Assembly: GCA_964016885.1 (NCBI GenBank) | Contig: OZ024740.1 | Span: 362,080,001 to 362,144,000, forward strand | Direction of reading: 5' to 3' | DNA length: 64,000 nt | DNA from: Eledone cirrhosa | Taxonomy: Eukaryota | Part shown: positions 28,401 to 43,400 of the stretch, one piece after another | Numbering within the stretch: position 1 is the stretch's first letter | Layout: each line of letters begins with the position of its first letter | Notes under the pieces: generated by a model | What the model saw: only the letters and a program-made list of their open reading frames with translations | Told to the model about the DNA's origin: nothing | Databases searched by the model: none | Translations under genes and position numbers: made by a program

Positions 28401-31400
28401 TATTTTTAATGGGAGACACTGTGTAGCATTTTCAATAAATTTTGAAAATAATCCAGGAGGAATTTAGTTATATAACTAATGTTTTCATGATTAAATTGGT
28501 GTTTGGAGTATAACTTAACTACGGTTCTCACATATAATTATGATTGAAGGTTCTTACATGAATAGAAAATCTTTAAAATATACAGCTTTATATTGTAGAA
28601 CAAAGAGTGGTTAAAGGCAGATGGGTACCAAAGGGTTAATATATGAAATGATGCTGGATATAGGAATATTATAGACTAGTATATTATCAACTAATTCTAT
28701 GCAATAATTGATACTCAGGCTAATGATGTTGAATACCAGTAAGAATTTTATATCATCCAAATGTCTGTAGCTGTGTTAAATTATTCAATTATTTTTTCTT
28801 TTGAATACATTTCAAAATAAACTTGCATAATGGTTCAAACTCTCAACTCAAAATGCATTTGAGAGTGCTTCATTATTCCAGGGGCTTAGCCTCCCTATCA
28901 CTCACAATAATGCCATGAGTGCCTTGTCTCCACTAAAGAATTATTAAAGTGTGCATTTTTCTCCTTCCTTTTTTTTTTAGTTTCTTTATTTTTCATCTGA
29001 TTACTTTCTTTCTGCAAACTGTTAATGTTTTGATAATTTACTTCTTCTAAATAAGTTTACAACAAAACCCATTATATTTATAGAATACAAGAAGTTCATG
29101 ATGGAGATAAGCATAGTTTGTTGCTCAAAGATGCTAACTTGAAGGATTCGGGAATGTATGCTTGCAAATTTGGAGAAAGAGCTACTCGTGCTGAAGTCAA
29201 AGTTGATGAAAGTAAGTCAATTCTATTAAGCTTCTGAGAATATAAGTAGCTATTTGAAATGATAAATAAGTGTTATTTTAATTTAAAATTGAGACTGGAA
29301 CTTTTAAAAAATTGAAATAATAGAATATAGTTGTATAGAAAATAGTTTTATAACCTCTTGAAAATATCAAGTAGCTAGGATGTTGTGAGAAAAGCTCTGA
29401 TACTGATATCAAAATCAGGAAAGCTTATGCATGGGCAGTGTGTCATAACTTCCTAAATGTAAGTTAGAAGAACAGAGAACATTGACTCCATTCACCAAAA
29501 CATTGTGGATGTCTTGAGATGTTGAAATAACTGAATGTTTAAGATATGTGCTTTTCTGGAACTTTTTAAATGTAATTCTAAATGTTAATTAAATGAATAA
29601 CAGGACATTCTTATACTTCATTCTTATATGCTTCAATGCTATTTCAGAACCTAGACCACCAAAATTGGATCCCAGTCGTATTCCTCATGAGATTGTTGTC
29701 AAAAGAGGAGAGAAAATTCAATTGAACCTTCCATATCAAGGTAATTATTTTATATTTTACTCTATCTCCCAACAAATAGAAAAAACAAACACCACCCTGA
29801 TTTCACATTCACATTTTCTATGAAAAAAGAAAAGAAAAAATCATCAGATCAGACCAAGGAAACAATGTTTCCATTGGTCTTTCCATTCCAGATATCTGCC
29901 AGTTGCAACTCTTGGCAGAAGGAGCAACAGGAAATAAAGTATTTTGGTCATAGCATTGCCCAGGTCAGTAATTGATGCACATGACCTTATGATCATGAGT
30001 ACAACACCCTAAACATGAGGCATGTGTCTTTCTATTGGAAATCAACAGCATGCAATTGTTTTATTTTGCTCCGTTCGCCCTCGGCCTCCCCAACTCTGGT
30101 GTTGATCGAGGCGGCTTGTTGACAGTAGTCCTGGTTAAGGCCAACATCTCGACCTTAGGGCAGAAGTCTGTGTGTCTGAGCAGGCCACACTCCAACATCT
30201 GTGTGCCCACAGTCCTCCACCCCTGATGCTAACCCAAAGTGTTTAAGTGAAGGTTTAAATGTCAAACTCATTGAGAGTGATGACTTGTCGAGGCTGCCAA
30301 CACAGTAGTTGCCTCTGACGACACCATCCTCTACCCCACCGAGGAGGTATTGGCTATTCTTTGGCTTAAACATCCTAATCCATCTGCAGACCTTAGACAC
30401 ATACACCCACTGACCTTCAATCACTTTACATGGCCTCTGAGGAGGACATCATCTCTGCTCTGAGGACTTTCCTTCCCAGTAGAGGTGCCGATGGTCTATG
30501 ACCCAGCCACCTCAAAGACTTAGTGTCCCCTCTCACAGCCAAAGCCAGGAACTGCCTACTGGATGCCATCATGGCCCTCACCAACAGATTCATTCATGGC
30601 GCCCTTTTTTTTTTTTTGCCTGCCTCACTACTCTCAGGAAAAAAGAGGGTGGAATATGCTCCATTGCAGTAGATAACATCTTCCAAAGGTTCGCAACCAA
30701 GATCATCTGCAAGTGATCATTGCAAGTGTATTGCACCTGAGCAAGCTGAGATTTTTCTGGCCTCCGATCCATGTCAGCATGGAAAGTGAACGTAAAATGA
30801 TGATAATAATGGTTATAAAACTGGGAATAATTTCATATGCGATAAACTAATAATGCATTTTATTTTATTTTTTATTAGCTATTCCTACTCCTAAAGCTTC
30901 CTGGAAGAAGGATGGTGTGACTTTAAGTGCAGCTGATTTAGATATGGAATTAACAGATAAGTTCACCAGTCTCATAATTCCAGATGCTCAAAGATCTGAT
31001 TCAGGCGAATATGAGTTAACTCTTACCAACAGTATTGGTTCTGACAAAGTACCAATTAAAGTTAGAGTTATTGGTAATTATATTTTTCCCTTTAACATGT
31101 ATATTACTCAACTAACTTGATAACTCATTTTAAATTTATTTATAAACATTTATATCAGATTGAAATTTCAAAGAATTAAATTCAATTTAATTTTCTGTGT
31201 ATTTAACATTTTGTAATTTAATTTTCACAAGCTCAAAATTTGAACTATAAATGTTTGGCAATGTATCATTTAATCGCCATCAAAACACTATGTTGTAATT
31301 GTTTAAGCATTAAATAAATCCATCCCTCATCCCAATACTTTTGTGAGAACAGTGGATGGTGGTATTGGTGGTGTTAACAGTTGCTGTGTGATGAATAAAT

Positions 31401-34400
31401 ACTCTAAATTGTACAAAAAATTGACAAGTGCTAGGAAAATTATTTAACCTTTTTTATATATTTTTTATAAAGCTACAACATTTAAGAGTGTACTATAAAT
31501 ATCAAATATTTTAATCTATGATTATATTTTCAATACTAGAACTTGAATTTTATTGAATTTTTTTCAAAGAAAATAATTTTTCACTGTTACAAAGAATATT
31601 TTGAACTATAAAGTAAAATTATAGTAAAATTATCTTATTATCCCATTGCAGATAAACCATTAGCCCCTGGCGCACCTCTGGAAGTATCAGATATTTTCAA
31701 GGACAAATGCCTTTTGTCATGGAAGAAACCAAAAGATGATGGTGGTTGTCCAATTAAACATTTTATTGTTGAAAAGTTAGATACAAGTACTGATGAATGG
31801 GTTGAAGTAGCTAAGGTTAATGATTTACAATGCAGAGTAAAAGGTTTAACACCCAACAAGCGTTACCAATTCCGAGTGAAAGCAGTCAATTCAGAAGGAC
31901 AAAGCAAACCATTAAATACAGATGGAGAAATTTTGGCCAAAGATCCATGGAGTAAGTTTGACACATGATTCATTTATTCTTTTGTTTGATATCATTCTAA
32001 CACCTTTCTTATTTCTTTCTTCTTTTACTCTACTTTGATAAAACCTTTAACCCAAAACATCAGATCCTTTCTGTTTCCTTTCATTTGGCATAAATATTTT
32101 CGTTGTTCAGAGATTTTACATTTTGTTTAAGTATTTTGTCTCTCACATATCTTCTTTTGTCACCTTTTGTTTCCCTTGTCTTAAACTCTCAAGCTGTTCA
32201 GTTGTCTACCTTATTTCCCTCATTCATATGTTTGAGAGACAAATTACATAAAGGTAAAATGTGAAGAAATATTCTAAGAAAATAGAAAGGAAACAGTAAA
32301 CTAAATAATTGTTTCTACTTTAGGCACAAGGCCATCAATTACCCAGTGCATTACTGGTACTTTATTTTATCGACCCCGTAAGGATGAAAGGCAAAGTTAA
32401 CCTAAATAATGACTTTTAAATATTATTTAAAAGGCATTAAATTATATAGTTTATAAAAGTAACAATCTCTGCAAAAATATGATAGTTATGTGAAATTCTT
32501 TATTTACAATATTAAAGTTACATGATGATTTACAGAGTGCTTTTATATTTTTTATTTTCTCAGGTGCTGCTGATAAACCTGGAAAACCAGAAGTTCTCGA
32601 TACTGATAGAGATTTTGTGAAATTAAAATGGAAAGCTCCTAAAAATGATGGTGGAGCCCCTATTGAAGGATACCTTATTCAGAAGAAACTAAAGAACTCA
32701 GATGATTGGGAAGATGTAAACATATTTCAAATATTTCTTTATGCCTTATTATTTAATTAAAACATCTATTGTAAATTATAAGAAATTATTAACAGTTCAG
32801 ATATGAACCTTTCCCCATTTCTTTACTTTTTATTGTTTTATAGAGTATATCATCATCATTATCAACATTTTATGTACATTTTACATGCTATAGTGAATTG
32901 AAAAGTTGAGAGAAAATCAGACAACTTTAGCATTGTGTACATTTTACAGTAGCACTAGAAAGGTTGTCTCAAGCAAGGAAGACTAAATAATCTCCTCTAC
33001 CTTATATCAATTCTTATTCAGAATTAATGGCTATGTCACAATCAAATGTTTTGCGGTTCTATTCCATGGTGTGATTCCTTAGGAAAATGTCTTTTCTTAT
33101 AACCTCGTGGTAGGCAAAAAATGTAAGGAAGCCTGTCTTATATGCATAGGAGGACCCTCAGTTGTGTCAAGGATATGATAGCCTCTCTTGTGAACTCAGT
33201 AGAGAGTTGACCATACATAAGCAAGACACAGATCCCTAGCCTGCCTGGGAGATCAGTGGCTTCATTTCAGTACTGAATGGGTCTATGGAGACCCGTCTAA
33301 CCCTTGCTAGCAGGGAAAGCGGACTTTAAAACAATGATGATGATTATGATGATATATATATAAATATATATATACCAGCATGGAAAAAGCAGAGGTAAAA
33401 ACAATGATGATGATTATATGAGAAAATCTAACAAGTATTTTATATACATTATAATTTTTATTGTTATTAGGCTTTGGAAGTTCCTAGTAATGAAAAAGAA
33501 GCAACTGTGAAAGGATTAAAAGAAAACAAAGAATATGACTTCCGTGTTATTGCTAAAAATAGAGCAGGTAATTCAATGCCTAGTGCTAATTCAGGACCAG
33601 TTCTTACAAGACCACGTAAAGTCAAGCCAAGAATTGACACTAAGAGCTTAAGAGATGTTAAAATCAAAAGAGATCAAACATTTGCATTGGAACCAGAATT
33701 TGTGGGAGAACCACCACCAACTGTTACATGGGTCAAGAAAGGTTTGGTAAGCTGAACAATTTGCATCTCTTTTGTTATACTGTATTTTCATGAGTATTAT
33801 ATGAAAACTTTTTAAACTAGGATTAAGAGGAAGAAAGGTGTAGGTCATATTATACACGAGTACAAGTTTTCAAAAATTTTTACTGAACATAAAATTACTT
33901 ATTTAATTAATAAAGTTGTATAAAAAAAAAAAAAATGTATATTTGCTTGATTAATGCCTCAAAGAAAATGACTAGAAACATATTGTCCAATGTAAAACTA
34001 TATTGTCCAATTAGCATATTTCCTGAAAATTTGAAATGGGAAATAGGATAAACCTGCTTCTACACAAAATGCTAAACATTCTTTAATGCCATGATGAGAA
34101 ACTAAATATTAGAGTGAAATATGTGGAGATTGAGCTTTTGATGAATACATGGAACAAGTTTACAAAAAAATTACATAGATATGTCTGTACTCCAAGCAAT
34201 ACACAAAAATGTAATTTATTAACGTTTTTAGCTTTAGAAATGGGAGTTATATTATGGTCAAGCCATATTACACACATACCAAAAAAAAAAAAAAATACCA
34301 TTATAAAAGATAAAAAATAGCAAAATTAATTTACTAATTTTTGAATAGATATGAAACAAAACAAATATGAAAATTATTGATGATAGCATTAACCCAATTG

Positions 34401-37400
34401 GTACCAAACTATTTGAAATTGACCATGGCTCTATTATACTAAGCTATTTATTTTAAAGTGTGTGTTTTTATCTGAAAATCTTCCATCAAAATTCTATCTA
34501 AGAAACTTTGTTAATCTTCCAAATACCAGCTTAAGAATGTAGGAATGAGAAAATTAATTATATTACTAAATACCTCCAAATTCTTGATTATTTTCGAAAT
34601 CATAGGTAGTGTTTTTCCCATGGTAATGAAAGGGTCAGTAAATATATATTTCTCTGAATTATTTACAGGATGGCAAGAATGTTACACTTGAATCAACAAG
34701 TGTTATTACTATTGAGAATAAAGAGAAACGGTCAACTCTTTCATGCAAAAAAGGTGTGCGTAATGATACTGGAGAATATACCATCACAATTGCCAACGAA
34801 CATGGATCTGATTCAGCAACTATTAATGTTATTGTATTGAGTAAGTAATGCATATTTTCATTTGATTTTCAACAAACTAATATCAATAAGATGGATTCTG
34901 ATTTAGGCACAAGATCAGCAATTTAGGAGAGGGAAAAATTGATTATATCAACCCAGTACTTAACTGGTACTTTATTTTATCGAACCCAGATTAATAAAAG
35001 GCAAAATTAACCTTGTCATGATTTGAATACAACATAAAGACCCATACTAAATAACACATGGCATTTGACCATACTAGTACTAAAAACAATAATGGTTTCT
35101 AAACTTAGCATAAAGTCACAAATTTTGGAGAAGAAGTATGTCATTTTAATCAGTTTCAATATTATACTGGTAAAGTATTTTATTCATCTGGAAAGATGAA
35201 AAGCAAATTTTACTTATCACCTCCCACTACATATACTACAACAGTCTCTACTCCTCAGAGCTAACTAATTACACACCACATCCATCCAAGCCTACCCATC
35301 TTCTTTCATGACATCACTCATTCTATACCTTCCTCCTTGGGCCCCACTCTAACCATTTCTTCCCAGTCTTTCTTTCCAAAGATGTCAACTCCCTGGGATT
35401 CTCTTTCCAACGATGTTTTCCTCACTGGTATTGGTTTGCAGCTGTTCAAGATGTACAAAAACCACATAAATATCACCAGTCACAAAGGACATGCAAACGT
35501 CATGAATACACTCCCTTCCTCCCAACCTAAAGCATAAGAAATAAAAAAAAAACTTGCTTAAAAAATAATCTAAATTTCTATAAACAAAGCAAGTACATAT
35601 TATATATTGCTTAATCACTAAACTTTCTGTATCAATGTGAAGATAAACTTAAAATATTTGTTTTGGAAATATCATCATACATTTTATCCATTGAATGTTA
35701 CTTATAAGTTTACAATAATAACAACAGCATCAATAATAAGAGTATTTCTGTATAATAATTGGGTTAAAGTTTAAATAACTCTTCATTGTATTACGTTATT
35801 GGTTTTCAAAGGGGTTTTAGTTTTACTTTTTCACTTCAGTTTAGTGTTAATCCTCCTTGGTTATGAATTTCAGGATTTTCTTGATTGGATATTAAATAAT
35901 TTGGCAGTGGTTGTAGTTGTATTGAACATTACTTTTTTATTGTATAAAGAACTAGTGTCTTGTAACTGAGTAAAGTGTCTTGAGTTATTTAGGTTAACTG
36001 TAATTCCAGGATTTTGTTGATTAGGTATTAGTATTTTTATGTTGTAGTGGACAGTGTTTTGATGTATAATTTGTTGTTTTTGTAATTGGGTAATCATATT
36101 TTATGTTGTGTGTCTCTGGATTTGTATTTGCTTAAATATATATATATATAAGTGAAACACAGTCACCCGACCCAACTTGCCTCTAATTGGGACAAACCCG
36201 TCTAACTCATGCTAGCATGAAAGATAGACGTTAATCGACGATGATGATGATGATATATATATATACATATACACACACACATTACAAAATTAGGGATAAT
36301 GTTAATTATGGTGGCAATTATTGTTAATTCTAGGTGCACCTGCCCGACCAGAAGGCCCTCTCGAAGTAAGCAACATTACAAAAGACAATGTAACTCTTAC
36401 ATGGAAACCTCCTGCAGATAAAGGTGGAAGTGACATAACGTAAGTATTTTTGGGAAACTCTTCCTATATATGAATTGCAATTTTATAATACCAATTAATA
36501 GATTTAATTGACATAAATTTACTGAACATACATACTCACTGTTTATATTTAATAAATGATCAGTTTTTATTTAATGACCTGAGTTCATTTTAAATTATGT
36601 TCAACAACAAACATTTTGGTAAGATTTTAGGGTTTTGTTTTTATTATAAACAAATGTAAATTCTATCATCAGTTATTTTCTTCATGCAATTCACAAGTAA
36701 AAAAGATGATTGTAAGATCAGACCAAGGAAACTTTCTTTTTATTGGCCTTTTCATTACTGATATTATATGCCAGCTGCAAATCCTAGTTGAAGTGTCACC
36801 ATTTTCCAGTGACAGGAGGCAGTATTTGAACTCAGAACACACAGAATCAAAACAGACACCACAGCTCCTCCCATCCAACTCTTTAAGAATTTCATGAACA
36901 CATCACCCACTTGACTGGTATTTTGTTTTTTAACACTAGAAGAATGAAAAGCAAAGTTGACTTTGAAGGAATTTGAATTAAGCTCAACAATTGTAGAGAG
37001 CTGGAACAAATGCCAAGCCATTTAATCTAATACTCTAATGATTCTCCCAATTTCTATTTATAGACTATATAAAGATAACATTACTTAAATTATGTAAGGA
37101 GTTATCTAAAAGATACTATTTTTACTGGACTGAACGGGGCAGAAGATTATTTTGATGTACCCTCGTAATGATAAATTGCCATGTTTTAACAAAAGAAATT
37201 ACTTGTTTATTGCAGTGGTTACGTTGTTGAGAAATTCGATCCATCAAAGGGAAAATGGGAGAAAGTAAGCAACGCTGTAAGTGGAACTAAAGTAACTGTA
37301 CCTAAACTTCAAGATGGTCATGAATATAAGTTCCGAGTTATGGCTGAAAATGTTCATGGATTAAGTGAACCTTTAGAAACAGATAAAAGCATTGTTGCAA

Positions 37401-40400
37401 AGAATCCTTTCAGTAAGCTCAATTTCATTGTATTTTATCTATGTTTGGTCTAATTTTAAAAAATGTTTGTTGAATAAATATAGTGTAATCATTTAAAATA
37501 TGCTTTAACTCCTCTGATACTACTCCAGCCAAAACTGACTCTGTTTCTATAAGACTAAACCACCCATTTTCAATTAATTCATCATTAATATCATTTCAAC
37601 TTAATATAACAACCCTTTCAGTACCAACCCAAGACTACTATTCGATCCTATGATACAAAATCATTTTAAATCTTATATTTGAATTCAAACCTTCCATCAT
37701 AATTTCATAGAAGAAACATTTGTCAGGTTATATTCCAATATAATTGTTTAGCATTTTTGATACCAAAGTACCAGAAATCACCTCTTGTAGGATATAAAAC
37801 TGTTTAAATTAAAGTGTTAATATTTATTTATGAACTTTCCATAATCATTTTATAAATGAACCTTTCCAAACCCCAACTTAATATTGAGAAAGTTTATTAT
37901 ATTACTAAATCCCTTTAAGTAATTGATTATTTTCAAAATTATTTGAAAATCATATGTAGTGTTTTTCATTAGAAATATGGTAATAAAAGGGATAATAATG
38001 AGAAGGATAGTTATTTTACTAAATATATCTAAATTCTTGTTTATTTTTAAATTGATTTGAAACTCATAAGAAATGTATTTCGTTAGCAATATGGTCACAC
38101 AATTCAAATAACATTTGAATCAAAGATGTTCAAATTAAATCCTTAAATAAATTTCAGATGAACCACATCCTCCAAGCCAACCAACAATTGTCGATCATGA
38201 TAGGACTCACATTGATCTTAAATGGGATAAACCAGAAAATGATGGCGGTGCACCAATTCTTGGTTATGATATTGAAAGAAAAGAAACTAAAAGTAACCGC
38301 TGGGTTAAAGTCAACCGTGGTCCAGTTGATGTAAGCATATATTTAACATTTTTTTCATTCTTGATATATTAAAATATTTGAATATTTGTTTTTATTATCT
38401 TTAAAGGTTATCTACACTCAAAGGGTTGAGAAGGCTTTTCAACTGTGTCAAGGGCATGATAAAATGCACACAGTAAAGAAGGTCACCCATTTGTAGAAAC
38501 TATTAATAAAATGCATTCAGTACATTCTGTAAAGTGCAGGAAAATACTAGCTACGATTAATCCCTGACATAGTCTGTGATATCTTGTCCAACCTATGGAA
38601 AAGCAGATGTTAGATAATTGTTTCTACTTTAGGCACAAGGCCAGCAATTACCCAGTGGTACTTTATTTTATCGACCCCTTGAGGATGAAAGGAAAAGTCA
38701 ACCTCGGCGGGATTTGAACTCAGATTGTAAAGGGACGTAACTATGCTGGAAAGCATTCCGTCCGACCCTCTACCGATACTGCCAATCCACATCAGTATAT
38801 ATATATATATGTGTTGTTTATTTTGTATGCCTACGCATCTTAATCTATCAATGTACTTTTTTACAAACTTTAAGCTCATTATCAACAAATTTAATATTTT
38901 GAATATAACTGGCATAAAAATAGAATTGTTTCTACTTTTGGCACAAGGCCAGCAATTATCCCAATGCATTGCTGGTGCTTTATTTTATCGACCCCGTAAT
39001 GATGAAAACAAAGTTAACCTTGGCAGGATTTGAACTCTGACTATCAATGACACAAGATGATATTTTGAGTCTTAAAATTACCTGAAGAGTAGTTTATGTA
39101 ACTATAACATAACACACAAAAACAATTTGTGGCAATTGTATTCCAGCAGTTGATTGCATGACATATATATTATATAGATATATATACTCAGACACGACGG
39201 TATTTACCTCAGATCATATGACTAGCTGAATTTTGATGTGACAAACACATTGAGCTTTAATGCACTTGGTAATAATTGAGTGTTACATACCTTTCTATAT
39301 TATGATCTCTTACTAAATATATCAACGATGATGATATATATATACCATCATCATCATCATCATTTTACATCCGCTTTTCCCTGCTTGCAAGGGTGGGACG
39401 GGTCTTATTCAGCACAGTATCTCTCCACTCATCACGGTCCTTCGTCATCTCCACAGTGAGCTTCAATGATCTGAGGTCTGTTCTCACAACCTCCGCCCAT
39501 GTTTTTCGTGGTCTACCTCTACCACATCTTCCTTCAACTGGCATTTCCTGGCACTTCTTCACCCATCGGTCATCCTCCATGCGCATCACATGTCCATACC
39601 ACCTCAGTCTCCTCTCCCGTACACTACATTCTATCCCTCTCAGACACAGTTTCTCTCTCAACACATTTATGCTGGGTCGTTCACACACATTTACACTGCA
39701 CATCCAATGGAGCATGCTTGCCTCATTTCTCTCCAGCCGTCGCATATCCTCTGCAGTTGCTGCCCATGTCTCACAACCATGCAGCATCGCGCTCCTCACA
39801 CAGGCATCATACAACCGGCCTTTCGTACGCAGGGAGAAACCCTTCTTCGTCAACAGAGGAAGCAGCTCCCTAAACTTCTTCCAACCCGTCCTTATTCTAG
39901 ATACTATGGCCTCGGAACACCCTCCTCCCATGCTAGGTACCGGAAGCTATCCACCACTTCTATAGCGCCCTCCTGCATCTGAAAAATGTGTCTATCAATG
40001 CAACTTCTACTGTCTAATTTCCCTGTACATCTACTGCATACATATTTCTCCCTACCTGTTAGTTTGCCTGCTATTCCACTACCACTCTTGTGTACCCAGG
40101 ATCTGCATTGTGTGCATTTTATAGAATTTATGCCAGTTCCTTTTCTGCATATCGAACATGGCCATTTCCATGACGGAATCAGGGTTTTGTCCTCTTTTCT
40201 ACTCATCAACACTTTTGTCTTAGCTAGGTTCACTCTCAGTCCTCTTGCTTCCAACTGCTGTTTCCATAGCCAGAATTTATTCTCTAGCTCCTCTACTGAT
40301 TCTGCTATAAGAACCAGATCGTCAGCATAGAGAAGTTCCCATGGTCAGCCAGTCATAAACTCCTCTGTTATGGCTTGGAGGACTATAATGAACAAGAGCG

Positions 40401-43400
40401 GGCTGAGGACCGTATATACACACACACACAATTTTAAGGTATCAAAACATATTTAATATGTATGATAACTGTGTTTCCCTTTAAATAAGTTCAATGGACC
40501 TTAGTTCAGAGCATCAATAATTCAAATTCAAAAGATATATTTAGAGAGAGAGAGGGAGAGAGAAAGAGTCATATATCGTTTGAGATCACATAGCATTTTG
40601 TATTCTATACAAATAGTATTCAGGAAAAAAATATACATACTTAAGGTGGAATAAGTAATATTCCTGACAGTGCTGTTTCACAGCTCCAAGAGAACGTTAG
40701 GCAAGTGGAAATAGATCCAAGTAATCGATTATCGATTGTTGTTTATTGATTCTGGTAAAAGCCAACAACAGAAAAATTATCTTTAGGTATGCCTAACATT
40801 TTGGCTTGTATGTATGTGTGTGTGTGTATGTATGTGTGTGTATCATTGTTTGTATATAATGTACAAATTTAAAATTTCCATTTATTATCTATTTGTATCT
40901 CTTTACTCTTTTTTAGGAAACTAATTTTACAGATGATAAGGTAGTCGAAGGGAAAGCATATGAGTACAGAGTTAAGGCTGTGAATAAAGCTGGAGAATCT
41001 GATCCAAGCCTTGTTTCGAAACCAGTTACTGCAAAACCATCAAAAGGTAATTATCACAATTAAGGCTGTTGTATATTTCATACAAAATGTCAGTCATATT
41101 GGGGAAAAGATGCTAAGAGTGTGTGTGAATGTATGAGCAATATATATATCAGGGTTATACCAGTTTTAAACTAATCAGACCATTATTCAGCAGAGTACTC
41201 AATACTTGGGATAGTATATATATATATATATATATATAGGAAAAGAGTCAGAACTTCGACGGCTAAGCTCTGGCCTTTTCAACAGCTAGATCCGAACTAG
41301 TTCAATCTAGCTGACGAAATGGCCGGAGCTCAGCCATCGGGGTCCTGACTCCTTTCCTATTACCCACTCTACTATCCTAAGTATTGAGTACTCTGGTGTG
41401 TTAGGGTCCACCTGGTATCTTACCACACCCTCTTTGTTATATTATACACAGAGAACAGTAGTGGTCATAGTAGCATCACTCCCAAGCTTTCATTTGACCA
41501 CCACTACTGATTTGCAGGGTGAACTGGGTGCCTTTCCCTCAATGTACCAGTATTACCATCTCAAAGGGTGGGCTGGGTGCTTTTTGTCATATTTTGAAAC
41601 TGGATGTCTGTGGCATGTGAGTGAGTGCTTTTGTCTTTCAACAGCCTTGTTTTTGTTTAGTGCCAAATTACTATGAAAGTATGAGTGCTATACGAAGGTA
41701 CTGGTCAGTAGTAGAAGCTCTTAACCCTATTCAGACCAAACTACCTGAAATTACCTTGATTTGGGGATATAAAACTGTTTATTTTCAATCATAATTCTAT
41801 GTAAGAACTGATAAAATATTTAACTTTGTTACTTCTAATTTTAAAATTAAAAAAAACTAAAATATGAATCATATGACTCTTGCAGAGAAACCCAAAGTGA
41901 ATCTTGATAATTTGTTTGGTGCTCGTGAGATTCGTGTGAGAGCTGGTGAGCCTCTTACAATTCCTTTAGGTATCACTGGTGCTCCAGCTCCTACAGTTAT
42001 TTGGCAAAAGAATGGCAAACCTGTAGGCCCCCGAGTAAGTATACACATCTCTTATATTGACTACTTTCAGTCAAACTAACAGCATTATTTTGTGTAAATG
42101 ATTGAATATATATGTTTGTCAGAGGAACTTCTAAGATTTTGTTTTCATTAACTCTTAATATTCTATAATGATTTTCTAGAAAATATTTAAACACGTTTGT
42201 AGAATCTTTACTAGTGCATAGTTTGTTATGAGAATTTGCAGTATTAGAGTAAAGCCATTAATGTGTAATGTGATGCAGACATAGTTCTGTTCTGTACTTT
42301 TTAAGAATTTCTTGGTAATGTGGTTTCATATGGTGCAGGGCATTAACAATTAATATGATGCAATGAACTTATTTCAGGCTGAGACAAGCAATGATGAAAC
42401 TGATGCAAAACTCTATGTCCCCTGTGCTGAAAGAGGAGACAGCGGAAAATATACAGTTAATATCAGCAACGCATTAGGAACTGACTCTGCTGACATTCAA
42501 GTTGTTGTCTTGGGTAAGATTGAAATTCTTTTCTCCTGAAATATTAAGTAGATCATAACTATCTTCTCAGTGTGACCAGAGAAATCTCAAAATCAGTTTT
42601 AGTTATATACTGTTGATCCTGCTAAAAGGATGTGTTATTTCAACAACCTTATATGAAGCCAGCTAAAGCTGCATGAATGTAAGCTATAAATTTCCTTTTT
42701 TTTTTCATTTCAGATAAACCTGGAGTTCCAGGAGAGCCTATGGACGTCAAAGATATCACAGCTGATTCCTGTAAATTGTCTTGGAATCCACCTGAAGATT
42801 TGGGAGGTGTTGATGTAGCAGGTAAGCCTTATGATTTATATTCACAGTTAAATTTTTTTTTTTCTACAGCAATCTCTTGAAATGTTAACAAAACTTACTA
42901 TTCCTTTTCTATAATTTTTGTTTCAGGTTACGTTTTAGAGAAATGTGAAGAAGGCTCTAATTTCTGGGAAAAGGTTCCTGGATTAATTAGTGGAACATCT
43001 CATACAGTCAAAGGATTAAAAGACGGAAAAGGATACCAATTCCGTGTTAAAGCTGAGAATATGTATGGTCTTAGTGAGCCTCTTGTAAGCAAAAAGATCA
43101 CTGCAAAGAATCCATTCGGTAAGTTTATATCACAATTTATAATTGAATAAGTGATTTTGATCCTCAACTAGAAATAAGCTCAGAAAACCAACTATTAATG
43201 CTTTATAGTAAAGTGCAATCTATTCATTGGGCTAGCAGAGAACATAGCTGAGGAAGATGAGGAACAGGAAGGCTGACAGGAGTTGCAGGAGATATGTTAA
43301 AGGCAGTAGAAAGTTGGGGTTTGAAGAGGATAAAAGACAACTATAGGTTGGGGTGAAAGAAGACCATATTCCAGTAGTACTTTCTGTAAAAGGAAAGAGA

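Noticed and set aside
39393-40330. Plus-strand ORFs of 114-190 aa
   Set aside because: Antisense shadows of the RTE LINE coding strand.
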